Positions 1 to 12,700 of a stretch of DNA of 64,000 bases are shown one piece after another. A program made the translations under genes and the position numbers. Position 1 is the stretch's first letter. Every line of letters begins with the position of its first letter. The notes under the pieces were generated by a model. It saw only the letters and a list, made by a program, of their open reading frames with translations. It was not told where the DNA came from and ran no database searches. Source of the stretch: Balanoglossus misakiensis (Eukaryota; Animalia; Hemichordata); NCBI GenBank assembly GCA_040954595.2, contig CM082596.2:11152454-11216453 (forward strand), read 5' to 3'.

Positions 1-403
1 GATATGTTTTACTAAAAAGACTTATATATAGTTTCAAGGCTTTGTTTTGGAATAACGAATTCTCTACAAGATTTAAGTGGAACAGTCACAGAATGAAAAC
101 AAATATGGAAAGAGTTATGCTGGAATGTTGTAAGGGATAGATTTATATTGCAAATAATTTAATTTCTTACATCATAAATGGAATTCAAAGAAACGTCACG
201 TAACAGGATATGTATAGTTTCAAACCTTTGTTTTTGAGTAACGAATTCTCTACAAGATTTAAGTGGAACAGTCACAGAATGAAAACAAATATGGAAAGAG
301 TTATGCTGAAATGTTGTAAGCGATAGATTAATATTGCATAAAATTTAATTTCTTACATCATAAATGGAATTCAAAGAATGGTCACATAACTGGATATGTT
401 TTA
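1..403. repeat. AT-rich satellite DNA (206/186-bp monomers), block entering from left edge
   Basis: Tandem monomers containing gatttaagtggaacagtcacagaatgaaaacaaatatgg; anchors at 70 and 256 are 186 bp apart. Confidence 0.95.
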
Positions 404-697
404 AACAGTATAGAAAACATTTTCCAATTTCCGAAAAGTAGCCGTTTTTTAAACTTTTTTCAAGGAAATTAGTGTTTTGTTCACAGTACAATATATTTCG
501 ATATTTTTCTATGATTATTTTCAAGATGTTTGCGAGTGTGCAGAAAGAAAAGAATAAACTGTGAAATTTCCATAGAAATAATGAAGGAGCCATCTTTAGG
601 TTGTATGGATTTGAATATTTCATTGAAAAAAACTAATAACTAAATTATGAATTCAATTAATAGTACAATTTGCAAAAAATTGCTAGTCACTCCAGAA

Positions 698-1040
698 GGG
701 TCAGTGCTTGGAAATGTGAGAGCCTGGAAATTTCCAAGCACTGACAAGGGTCAGTGGTCGGAAATTTCCAGACACTCAGGGAATGTGAGAGCCTGGAAAT
801 TTCCAAGCACTGACAAGGGTCAGTGGTCGGAAATTTCCAGACACTCAGGGAATGTGAGAGCTTAGAAATTTCCAAGCACTGACAAGGGTCAGTGGTCGGA
901 AATTTCCAGACACTCAGGGAATGTGAGAGCCTAGAAATTTCCAAGCACTGACAGGGTTAGTGGCCGGAAATATCCAGTCACTCGGGGAATGTGAGAGCCT
1001 GGAAATTTCCAAGCATTGACAGGGTCAGTGCTTGGAAATC
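698..1040 (-). repeat. 69-bp tandem repeat, left arm of element A (~5 units, inverted relative to right arm)
   Basis: Units are the reverse complement of cagtgcttggaaatttccaggctctcacattccctgagtgtctggaaatttccgaccactgacccttgt. Confidence 0.95.
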
Positions 1041-1074
1041 TTGAGTTTCTCTATCATGTTTCAAATTATGGCCT

Positions 1075-1474
1075 TTAGGAAAACGATCTGTTGAGGAACC
1101 TGTATTTATATCTTCAAACCTACGGATGAGTTTGGTCGTTTGACTGCGGTGGCCTCTTCTGCTGTTCTTCTCTCTCTCCATGCCCGACATCCTGGTCTCG
1201 GCACCAACAAATGTACCGCGTACACTTGGGAATAGGTTCGGAATGAAGAGAGAGGGGCGGGATGGCCAATACTTCTTTATATACAGTGGTTTGAACTGTG
1301 ACATTTGGTAACACTGCATAATTCAAGAACAATAGCATTTGGTAGTTGTGAAGTTGTGACTTTGTATACAGAGTATAAAGAACAATTGTGTCAGATAAAC
1401 AATACCAATTCCCAATAAACAACTAGTGTATGGGCTAACTCAGAGGAGTTGGTAGGTGAAGCCTGTCATGAACA
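1075..1474 (-). mobile_element. Fragment of BEL/Pao-like LTR retrotransposon (putative LTR + tRNA-His PBS + gag N-terminus) inside element A
   Basis: Minus strand: TGT...ACA segment 1474-1212 containing TATATAAA, a 5-nt gap, then TGGTGCCGAGACCAGGAT (1206-1189; 17/18 match to the complement of the invertebrate tRNA-His 3' end). ATG at 1190 reads MSGMEREKNSRRGHRSQTTKLIRRFEDI, resembling BEL gag starts. The LTR 5' boundary is inferred. Confidence 0.6.
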
Positions 1475-1484
1475 TTGTGACGCT

Positions 1485-1872
1485 AAGGCTCCTTAGACAA
1501 ACCTGGTGCGTCTGCGGTCCAGATCCGTACCAGAGCTTTTCGCCGAAATTCGATTTTATCGGGAGAATATCCTTTCCCTGTCTACTAACCGGTTATAACT
1601 GCGATTGACTTCTTCTAACATCCGAACCGCTCGCTTTCTGAAACTTTTGTGTTTACCCATTGAGATAACCTCACTGTATTCAATATGGCGATCTCAACAG
1701 GTAAACACAAGAGAAAATCAGAAAGCGAGTGGCTCGGAAGTTAATTACATCATATTTGGAGTCATTTGTGGGTAGACGGGGGAAAGATTCCCCCCGATAA
1801 AATCCAATCTCGGCCGAAAAGCTGCTGTCCGGATCCGGATCTCAGATGAATCAGTTTTGTCCATGGAGCCTT
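1485..1872. mobile_element. Imperfect ~390-bp palindromic MITE-like insert in core of element A
   Basis: aaggctcc...gacaaa.ctg...gatccg (1485-) pairs with cggatc...ttttgtccatggagcctt (-1872). Inner arms gcttttcg.ccga...gattttatcggg and cgctttctga...tgtttacc also pair; centre near 1676. Confidence 0.65.
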
Positions 1873-1940
1873 GCAGAGATGTGGTGGAAGCCGTGTATTA
1901 AACGCCGGGAGAACGCAGACATGTACGGAGGACTACCACG

Positions 1941-3240
1941 ACCCTGTCAGTGCTTGGAAAGTTCAAGGCTCTCACATTCCCTGAGTGTCTGGAAATTTCC
2001 GACCACTGACCCTTGTCTGTGCTTGGAAATTTCTAAGCTCTCACATTCCCTGAGTGTCTGGAAATTTCCGACCACTGACCCTTGTCAGTGCTTGGAAATT
2101 TCCAGGCTCTCACATTCCCTGAGTGTCCGGAAATTTCCGACCACTGACCCTTGTCAGTGCTTGGATATTTCTAAGCTCTCACATTCCCTGAGTGTCTGGA
2201 AATTTTCGACCACTGACCCTTGTCAGTGCTTGGAAATTTCCAGGCTCTCATATTCCCTGAGTGTCTGGAAATTTCCGACCACTGACCATTGTCAGTGCTT
2301 GGAAATTTCCAGGCTCTCATATTCCCTGAGTGTCTGGAAATTTCCGACCACTGACCCTTGTCAGTGCTTGGAAATTTCCAGGCTCTCATATTCCCTGAGT
2401 GTCTGGAAATTTTCGACCACTGACCCTTGTCAGTGCTTGGAAATTTCCAGGCTCTCATATTCCCTGAGTGTCTGGAAATTTCCGACCACTGACCCTTGTC
2501 AGTGCTTGGAAATTTCCAGGCTCTCACATTCCCTGAGTGTCTGGAAATTTCCGACCACTGACCCTTGTCTGTGCTTGGAAATTTCTAAGCTCTCACATTC
2601 CCTGAGTGTCTGGAAATTTCCGACCACTGACCCTTGTCAGTGCTTGGAAATTTCCAGGCTCTCACATTCCCTGAGTGTCCGGAAATTTCCGACCACTGAC
2701 CCTTGTCAGTGCTTGGATATTTCTAAGCTCTCACATTCCCTGAGTGTCTGGAAATTTTCGACCACTGACCCTTGTCAGTGCTTGGAAATTTCCAGGCTCT
2801 CATATTCCCTGAGTGTCTGGAAATTTCCGACCACTGACCATTGTCAGTGCTTGGAAATTTCCAGGCTCTCATATTCCCTGAGTGTCTGGAAATTTTCGAC
2901 CACTGACCCTTGTCAGTGCTTGGAAATTTCCAGGCTCTCATATTCCCTGAGTGTCTGGAAATTTTCGACCACTGACCCTTGTCAGTGCTTGGAAATTTCC
3001 AGGCTCTCATATTCCCTGAGTGTCTGGAAATTTCCGACCACTGACCCTTGTCAGTGCTTGGAAATTTCCAGGCTCTCACATTCCCTGAGTGTCTGGAAAT
3101 TTCCGACCACTGACCCTTGTCAGTGCTTGGAAATTTCCAGACTCTCACATTCCCTGAGTGTCTGGAAATTTCCGACCACTGACCCTTGTCAGTACTTGGA
3201 AATTTCCAAGCTCTCACATGCCACTGACTCTTTCCAAGTA
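1941..3240 (+). repeat. 69-bp tandem repeat, right arm of element A (~19 units, with 552-bp higher-order duplication)
   Basis: Two GGAAATTTCC palindromes per unit, spaced 35 and 34 bp. Variant units (ttgtctgtgc...ttctaagctc) recur at 552 bp = 8 x 69. Confidence 0.95.
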
Positions 3241-3754
3241 TTTTAGCCGCAAAATATGGATTTGTCAATGAGCAGTGCTTATTTCCTAAAATTCATACGA
3301 AATCCAACGGATTTGTGTGATGCGGATATTAATCTAACAATTCTTGTAATAAATATTGGGTTTCAGATTTACTTTTTGATGCTATTGTTTTTTCTGGCGA
3401 AATTTTACAAACAATTCACACACTTGCAAATTTTCAATAGAAATATTACTCATGATAAACATGGAGACAAAATTTCATTAGAAAAAAATCAAAAGGACTG
3501 TCATGTACGTGGCTTTGAAGGAGACTCAGTTTTTTCACAGATAAATTTTAATTTTAGTTTAAAGCCAAAATATGACAAAATGCATTTTTCCTGCTGTACA
3601 GCTGCAGGAAAGAGACTAAGAATACCATTATGTAATTTTTTTCATTAGAAATTGGCAAAGAATGGGGAATATTTTCATAAATTTCTAACTTTTTCAGCAG
3701 TAATTATGTAAAAAAGAGGTTTTTCGGAAATTGGAAAATGTTTTCTATACTGTT

Positions 3755-6700
3755 TTTACTAAAATGACTTATGTATAGGTTCAAGAATTTGTGTTGAAAT
3801 ACCAAATTCTCTACAAGATTGAAGTGGAACAGTCACAGAATGAAAACAGATATATAGAAAGAGTTATGCCGGAATGTTGTAAGGGATGGATTAATATTGC
3901 AAATAATTTAATTTCTTATATCATAAATGGAATTCAAAGAATGGTCACATAACGGGCGATGTTTTAGTAAAAAGACTTATGTATAGTTTCAAGGCTTTGT
4001 TTTGGAATAACTAATTCTCTACAAGATTTAAGTGGAACAGTCACAGAATGAAAACAAATATGGAAAGAGTTATGTCGGAATGTTGTAAGGGATAGATTAA
4101 TATTGCAAATAATTTAATTTCTTACATCATAAATGGAATTCAAAGAAACATCACGTAACAGGATATGTATCGTTTCAAGGTTTTGTTTTGGAATAACGAA
4201 TTCTCTACAAGATTTAAGTGGAACAGTCACAGAATGAAAACAAATATGGAAAGAGTTATGCTGGAATAGATTAATATTGCAAATAATTTAATTTCTTACA
4301 TCATAAAATGAATTCAAAGAATGGTCACATAACAGGATATGTTTTACTAAAAAGACTTATGTATAGTTTCAAGGCTTTGTTTTGGAATAACGAATTCTCT
4401 ACAAGATTTAAGTGGAACAGTCACAGAATGAAAACAAATATGGAAAGAGTTATGCTGGAATGTTGTAAGGAATAGATTAATATTGCAAATAATTTAATTT
4501 CTTACATCATAAATGGAATTCAAAGAAACGTCACGTAACAGGATATGTATAGTTTCAAGGCTTTGTTTTGGAATAACGAATTCTCTACAAGATTTAAGTG
4601 GAACAGTCACAGAATGAAAACAAATATGGAAAGAGTTATGCCGGAATGTTGTAAGGAATAGATTAATATTGCAAATAATTTAATTTCTTACATCATAAAT
4701 GGAATTCAAAGAACCGTCACGTAACAGGATATGTATAGTTTCAAGGCTTTGTTTTGGAATAACGAATTCTCTACAAGATTTAAGTGGAACAGTCACAGAA
4801 TGAAAACAAATATGGAAAGAATTATGTCGGAATGTTGTAAGGGATAGATTAATATTGCAAATAATTTAATTTCTTACATCATAAATGGAATTCAAAGAAT
4901 GGTCACATAACGGGCCATGTTTTACAAAAAAGACTTATGTATAGTTTCAAGGCTTTGTTTTTGAATAACGAATTCTCTCCAAGATTTAAGTTGAACAGTT
5001 ACAGAATGAAAACAAATATTCAAATAGTTATGTTGGAATGTTGTAAGGGATAGTTTAATATTGCAAATAATTTAATTTCTTACATCATAAATGGAATTCA
5101 AAGAATGGTCACATAACGGGCCATGTTTTACAAAAAGACTTTTGTATAGTTTCAAGGCTGTGTTTTGGAATAACGAATTCTCTACAGGATTTAAGTGGAA
5201 CAGTCACAGAATGAAAACAAATATGGAAAGAGTTATGCTGGAATAGATTAATATTGCAAATAATTTAATTTCTTACATCATAAAATGAATTCAAAGAATG
5301 GTCACATAACAGGATATGTTTTACTAAAAGACTTATGTATAGTTTCAAGGCTTTGTTTTGGAATAACGAATTCTCTACAAGATTTAAGTGGAACAGTCAC
5401 AGAATGAAAACAAATATGGAAAGAGTTATGCTGGAATGTTGTAAGGAATAGATTAATATTGCAAATAATTTAATTTCTTACATCATAAATGGAATTCAAA
5501 GAAACGTCACGTAACAGGATATGTATAGTTTCAAGGCTTTGTTTTGGAATAACGAATTCTCTACAAGATTTAAGTGGCACAGTCACAGAATGAAAACAAA
5601 TATGGAAAGAGTTATGCCGAATGTTGTAAGGAATAGATTAATATTGCAAATATTTTAATTTCTTACATCATAAAATGAATTCAAAGAATGGTCACATAAC
5701 AGGATATGTTTTACTAAAAGACTTATATATAGTTTCAAGGCTTTGTTTTGGAATAACGAATTCTCTACAAGATTTAAGTGGAACAGTCACAGAATGAAAA
5801 CAAATATGGAAAGAGTTATGCTGGAATGTTGTAAGGAATAGATTAATATTGCAAATAATTTAATTTCTTACATCATAAATGGAATTCAAAGAAACGTCAC
5901 GTAACAGGATATGTATAGTTTCGAGGCTTTGTTTTGGAATAACGAATTCTCTACAAGATTTAAGTGGCACAGTCACAGAATGAAAACAAATATGGAAAGA
6001 GTTATGCCGAATGTTGTAAGAAATAGATTAATATTGCAAATATTTTAATTTCTTATATCATAAAATGAATTCAAAGAATGGTCACATAACAGGATATGTT
6101 TTACTAAAAAGACTTATATATAGTTTCAAGGCTTTGTTTTGGAATAACGAATTCTCTACAAGATTTAAGTGGAACAGTCACAGAATGAAAACAAATATGG
6201 AAAGAGTTATGCTGGAATGTTGTAAGGGATAGATTTATATTGCAAATAATTTAATTTCTTACATCATAAATGGAATTCAAAGAAACGTCACGTAACAGGA
6301 TATGTATAGTTTCAAACCTTTGTTTTTGAGTAACGAATTCTCTACAAGATTTAAGTGGAACAGTCACAGAATGAAAACAAATATGGAAAGAGTTATGCTG
6401 AAATGTTGTAAGCGATAGATTAATATTGCATAAAATTTAATTTCTTACATCATAAATGGAATTCAAAGAATGGTCACATAACTGGATATGTTTTACTAAA
6501 ATGACTTATGTATAGGTTCAAGAATTTGTGTTGAAATACCAAATTCTCTACAAGATTGAAGTGGAACAGTCACAGAATGAAAACAGATATATAGAAAGAG
6601 TTATGCCGGAATGTTGTAAGGGATGGATTAATATTGCAAATAATTTAATTTCTTATATCATAAATGGAATTCAAAGAATGGTCACATAACGGGCGATGTT

Positions 6701-9700
6701 TTAGTAAAAAGACTTATGTATAGTTTCAAGGCTTTGTTTTGGAATAACTAATTCTCTACAAGATTTAAGTGGAACAGTCACAGAATGAAAACAAATATGG
6801 AAAGAGTTATGTCGGAATGTTGTAAGGGATAGATTAATATTGCAAATAATTTAATTTCTTACATCATAAATGGAATTCAAAGAAACATCACGTAACAGGA
6901 TATGTATCGTTTCAAGGCTTTGTTTTGGAATAACGAATTCTCTACAAGATTTAAGTGGAACAGTCACAGAATGAAAACAAATATGGAAAGAGTTATGCTG
7001 GAATGTTATAAGGGATAGATTAATATTGCAAATAATTTAATTTCTTACATCATAAAATGAATTCAAAGAATGGTCACATAACAGGATATGTTTTACTAAA
7101 AAGACTTATGTTATAGATTCAAGGCTTTGTTTTGGAATAACGAATTCTCTACAAGATTTAAGTGGAACAGTCACAGAATGAAAACAAATATGGAAAGAGT
7201 TATGCCGGAATGTTGTAAGGAATAGATTAATATTGCAAATAATTTAATTTCTTACATCATAAATGGAATTCAAAGAATGGTCACATAATGGGCCATGTTT
7301 TACTAAAAAGACTTATGTATAGTTTCAAGGCTTTGTTTTGGAATAACGAATTCTCTCCAAGATTTAAGTTGAACAGTTACAGAATGAAAACAAATATTCA
7401 AATAGTTATGTTGGAATGTTGTAAGGGATAGTTTAATATTGCAAATAATTTAATTTCTTACATCATAAATGAAATTCAAAGAATGGTCAAATAACGGGCC
7501 ATGTTTTACTAAAAAGACTTAATATGTATAGTTTGAAGGCTTTGTTTTGGAATAACGAATTCTCTACAAGATTTAAGTGGAACAGTCACAGAATGAAAAC
7601 AAATATTCAAATAGTTATGTTGGAATGTTGTAAAGGATAGTTTAAAATTCCAAATAATTTAATTTCTTACATCATAAATGAAATTCAAATAATGGTCAAT
7701 TAACGGGCCATGTTTTATTAAAAAGACTTAATATGTATAGTTTGAAGGCTTTGTTTTGGAATAACGAATTCTCTACAAGATTTAAGTGGAACAGTCACAG
7801 AATGAAAACAAATATGGAAAGAGTTATGCCAGAATGTTGTAAGAAATAGATTAATATTGCAAATAATTTAATTTCTTACATCATAAATGGAATTCAAAGA
7901 ATGGTCACATAATGGGCCATGTTTTACTAAAAAGACTTATGTATAGTTTCAAGGCTTTGTTTTGGAATAACGAATTCTCTCCAAGATTTAAGTTGAACAG
8001 TTACAGAATGAAAACAAATATGGAAAGAGATATGCTGGAATGTTGTAAGGGATAGATTAATATTGCAAATAATTTAATTTATTCCATCATAAATGGAATT
8101 CAAAGAATGGTCACATAACGGGCCATGTTTTACAAAAAGACTTATGTATAGTTTCAAGGCTTTGTTTTGGAATAACGAATTCTCTTCAAGATTTAAGTGG
8201 AACAGTCACAGAATGAAAACAAATATGGAAAGAGTTATGCTGGAATGTTGTAAGGGATAGATTAATATTGCAAATAATTTAAATTCTTACATCATAAAAT
8301 GAATTCAAAGAATGGTCACATAACTGGATATGTTTTATTAAAAAGACTTATGTTATAGTTTCAAGGCTTTGTTTTGGAATAACGAATTCTCTACAAGATT
8401 TAAGTGGAACAGTCACAGAATGAAAACAAATATGGAAAGAGTTATGCCAGAATGTTGTAAGGAATAGATTAATATTGCAAATAATTTAATTTCTTACATC
8501 ATAAATGGAATTCAAAGAATCGTCACGTAACAGGATATGTATAGTTTGAAGGCTTTGTTTTGGAATAACGAATTCTCTACAGGATTTAAGTGGAACAGTC
8601 ACAGAATGAAAACAAATATAGAAAGAGTTATGCCGGAATGTTGTAAGGGATGGATTAATATTGCAAATAATTTAATTTCTTATATCATAAATGGAATTCA
8701 AAGAATGGTCACATAACGGGCCATGTTTTAGTAAAAAGACTTATGTATAGTTTCAAGGCTTTGTTTTGGAATAACGAATTCTCTACAAGATTTAAGTGGA
8801 ACAGTCACAGAATGAAAACAAATATGGAAAGAGTTATGTCGGAATGTTGTAAGGGATAGTTTAATATTGCAAATAATTTAATTTCTTACATCATAAATGG
8901 AATTCAAAGAATGGTCACATAATGGGCCATGTTTTACTAAAAAGACTTATGTATAGTTTCAAGGCTTTGTTTTGGAATAACGAATTCTCTACAGGATTTA
9001 AGTGGAACAGTCACAGAATGAAAACAAATATGGAAAGAGTTATGTCGGAATGTTGTAAGGGATAGTTTAATATTGCAAATAATTTAATTTCTTACATCAT
9101 AAATGGAATTCAAAGAATGGTCACATAATGGGCCATGTTTTACTAAAAAGACTTATGTATAGTTTCAAGGCTTTGTTTTGGAATAACGAATTCTCTACAA
9201 GATTTAAGTTAAACAGTTACAGAATGAAAACAAATATTCAAATAGTTATGTTGGAATGTTGTAAGGGATAGTTATATATTGCAAATAATTTAATTTCTTA
9301 CATCATAAATGAAATTCAAAGAATGGTCAAATAACGGGCCATGTTTTACTATAAAGACTTAATATGTATAGTTTGAAGGCTTTGTTTTGGAATAACGAAT
9401 TCTCTACAAGATTTAAGTGGAACAGTCACAGAATGAAAACAAATATGGAAAGCGTTATGCCGGAATGTTGTAAGGGATAGATTAATATTGCAAATAATTT
9501 AATTTCTTACATCATAAATGGAATTCACAGAATGGTCACATAACAGGATATGTTTTACTAAAAAGACTTATGTTATAGTTTCAAGGCTTTGTTTTGGAAT
9601 AACGAATTCTCTACAAGATTTAAGTGGAACAGTCACAGAATGAAAACAAATATGGAAAGAGTTATGCCAGAATGTTGTAAGGAATAGATTAATATTGCAA

Positions 9701-12700
9701 ATAATTTAATTTCTTACATCATAAATGGAATTCAAAGAATCGTCACGTAACAGGATATGTATAGTTTCAAGGCTTTGTTTTGGAATAACGAATTCTCTAC
9801 AGGATTTAAGTGGAACAGTCACAGAATGAAAACAAATATGGAAAGAGTTATGCTGGAATGTTGTAAGGGATAGATTAATATTGCAAATAATTTAATTTCT
9901 TACATCATAAAATTAATTCAAAGAATGGTCACATAACGGGATAGGTTTTACTAAAAAGACTTATGTTATAGTTTCATGGCTTTGTTTGGAATAACGAATT
10001 CTCTACAAGATTTAAGTTAAACAGTTACAGAATGAAAACAAATATTCAAATAGTTATGTTGGAATGTTGTAAGGGATAGTTTAATATTGCAAATAATTTA
10101 ATTTCTTACATCATAAATGAAATTCAAAGAATGGTCAAATAACGGGCAGTGTTTTACTAAAAAGACTTAATATGTATAGTTTGAAGGCTTTGTTTTGGAA
10201 TAACGAATTCCCTACAAGATTTAAGTGGAACAGTCACAGAATGAAAACAAATATTCAAATAGTTATGCTGGAATGTTGTAAGGGATAGATTAATATTGCA
10301 AATAATTTAATTTCTTACATCATAAAATGAATTCAAAGAATGGTCACATAACTGGATATGTTTTACTAAAAAGACTTATGTTATAGTTTCAAGGCTTTGT
10401 TATGGAATAACGAATTCTCTACAAGATTTAAGTGGAACAGTCACAGAATGAAAACAAATATGGAAAGAGATATGCTGGAATGTTGTAAGGGATAGATTAA
10501 TATTGCAAATAATTTAATTTCTTCCATCATAAATGGAATTCAAAGAATGGTCACATAACGGGCCATGTTTTACAAAAAGACTTATGTATAGTTTCAAGGC
10601 TTTGTTTTGGAATAACGAATTCTCTTCAAGATTTAAGTGGAACAGTCACAGAATGAAAACAAATATGGAAAGAGTTATGCTGGAATGTTGTAAGGGATAG
10701 ATTAATATTGCAAATAATTTAAATTCTTACATCATAAAATGAATTCAAAGAATGGTCACATAACTGGATATGTTTTATTAAAAAGACTTATGTTATAGTT
10801 TCAAGGCTTTGTTTTGGAATAACGAATTCTCTACAAGATTTAAGTGGAACAGTCACAGAATGAAAACAAATATGGAAAGAGTTATGCCAGAATGTTGTAA
10901 GGAATAGATTAATATTGCAAATAATTTAATTTCTTACATCATAAATGGAATTCAAAGAATCGTCACGTAACAGGATATGTATAGTTTCAAGGCTTTGTTT
11001 TGGAATAACGAATTCTCTACAGGATTTAAGTGGAACAGTCACAGAATGAAAACAAATATGGAAAGAGTTATGCTGGAATGTTGTAAGGGATAGATTAATA
11101 TTGCAAATAATTTAATTTCTTACATCATAAAATTAATTCAAAGAATGGTCACATAACGGGATATGTTTTACTAAAAAGACTTATGTTATAGTTTCAAGGC
11201 TTTGTTTTGGAATAACGAATTCTCTACAAGATTTAAGTTAAACAGTTACAGAATGAAAACAAATATTCAAATAGTTATGTTGGAATGTTGTAAGGGATAG
11301 TTATATATTGCAAATAATTTAATTTCTTACATCATAAATGAAATTCAAAGAATGGTCAAATAACGGGCCATGTTTTACTATAAAGACTTAATATGTATAG
11401 TTTGAAGGCTTTGTTTTGGAATAACGAATTCTCTACAAGATTTAAGTGTAACAGTTACAGAATGAAAACAAATATGGAAAGAGTTATGCCGGAATGTTGT
11501 AAGTAATAGATTAATATTGCAAATAATTTAATTTCTTACATCATAAATGGAATTCAAAGAAACGTCACGTAACAGGATATGTATAGTTTCAAGGCTTTGT
11601 TTTGGAATAACGAATTCTCTACAAGATTTAAGTTGAACAGTCACAGAATGAAAACAAATATGGAAAGCGTTATGCCGGAATGTTGTAAGGGATAGATTAA
11701 TATTGCAAATAATTTAAATTCTTACATCATAAATGGAATTCAAAGAATGGTCACATAACGGGCCATGTTTTACAAAAAGACTTATGTATAGTTTCAAGGC
11801 TTTGTTTTGGAATAACGAATTCTCTACAAGATTTAAGTGGAACAGTCACAGAATGAAAACAAATATGGAAAGAGATATGCTGGAATGTTGTAAGGGATAG
11901 ATTAATATTGCAAATAATTTAATTTCTTACATCATAAAATGAAATCAAAGAATGGTCACATAACAGGATATGTTTTACTAAAAAGACTTATGTTATAGTT
12001 TCAAGGCTTTGTTTTGGAATAACGAATTCTCTACAAGATTTAAGTGGAACAGTTACAGAATGGAAACAAATATGGAAAGAGTTATGCCGGAATGTTGTAA
12101 GGAATAGATTAATATTGCAAATAATTTAATTTCTTACATCATAAATGGAATTCAAAGAAACGTCACGTAACAGGATATGTATAGTTTCAAGGCTTTGTTT
12201 TGGAATAACGAATTCTCTACAAGATTTAAGTGGAACAGTCACAGAATGAAAACAAATATGGAAAGAGTTATGCTGGAATGTTGTAAGGGATAGATTAATA
12301 TTGCAAATAATTTAATTTCTTACATCATAAAATGAATTCAAAGAATGGTCACATAACTGGATATGTTTTACTAAAAAGACTTATGTTATAGTTTCAAGGC
12401 TTTGTTTTGGAATAACGAATTCTCTACAAGATTTAAGTGGAACAGTCACAGAATGAAAACAAATATGGAAAGAGATATGCTGGAATGTTGTAAGGGATAG
12501 ATTAATATTGCAAATAATTTAATTTCTTCCATCATAAATGGAATTCAAAGAATGGTCACATAACGGGCCATGTTTTACAAAAAGACTTATGTATAGTTTC
12601 AAGGCTTTGTTTTGGAATAACGAATTCTTTACAAGATTTAAGTGTAACAGTTACAGAATGAAAAAAAATATGGAAAGAGTTATGCCGGAATGTTGTAAGG

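Larger units (their letters stand above)
404..3754. mobile_element. Non-autonomous foldback-type TIR DNA transposon (element A, copy 1), superfamily unassigned
   Basis: Perfect 34-bp TIRs aacagtatagaaaacattttccaatttccgaaaa (404-437) and reverse complement (3721-3754). TTTA on both sides (400-403, 3755-3758); a 2-bp TT TSD is the alternative parse. The empty site is seen in sister satellite monomers at 6492 and 22635. Internal 69-bp arrays are in opposite orientation. Confidence 0.9.

Noticed and set aside
401-408. Spy-type (AAA|TTT, no TSD) or CACTA-type assignment for element A
   Set aside because: The empty satellite site (gttttactaaaa) shows that the AA/TT next to CAG/CTG belongs to the element and that target bases were duplicated. 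The termini are not CAC.
1846-3246. 466-aa repeat protein ORF (and its copy 17988-19388, plus antisense ORFs)
   Set aside because: 69 bp equals 23 codons, so a stop-free frame propagates automatically. It lies in a transposon arm and the inverted left arm gives the same peptide. There is no evidence of a real gene.
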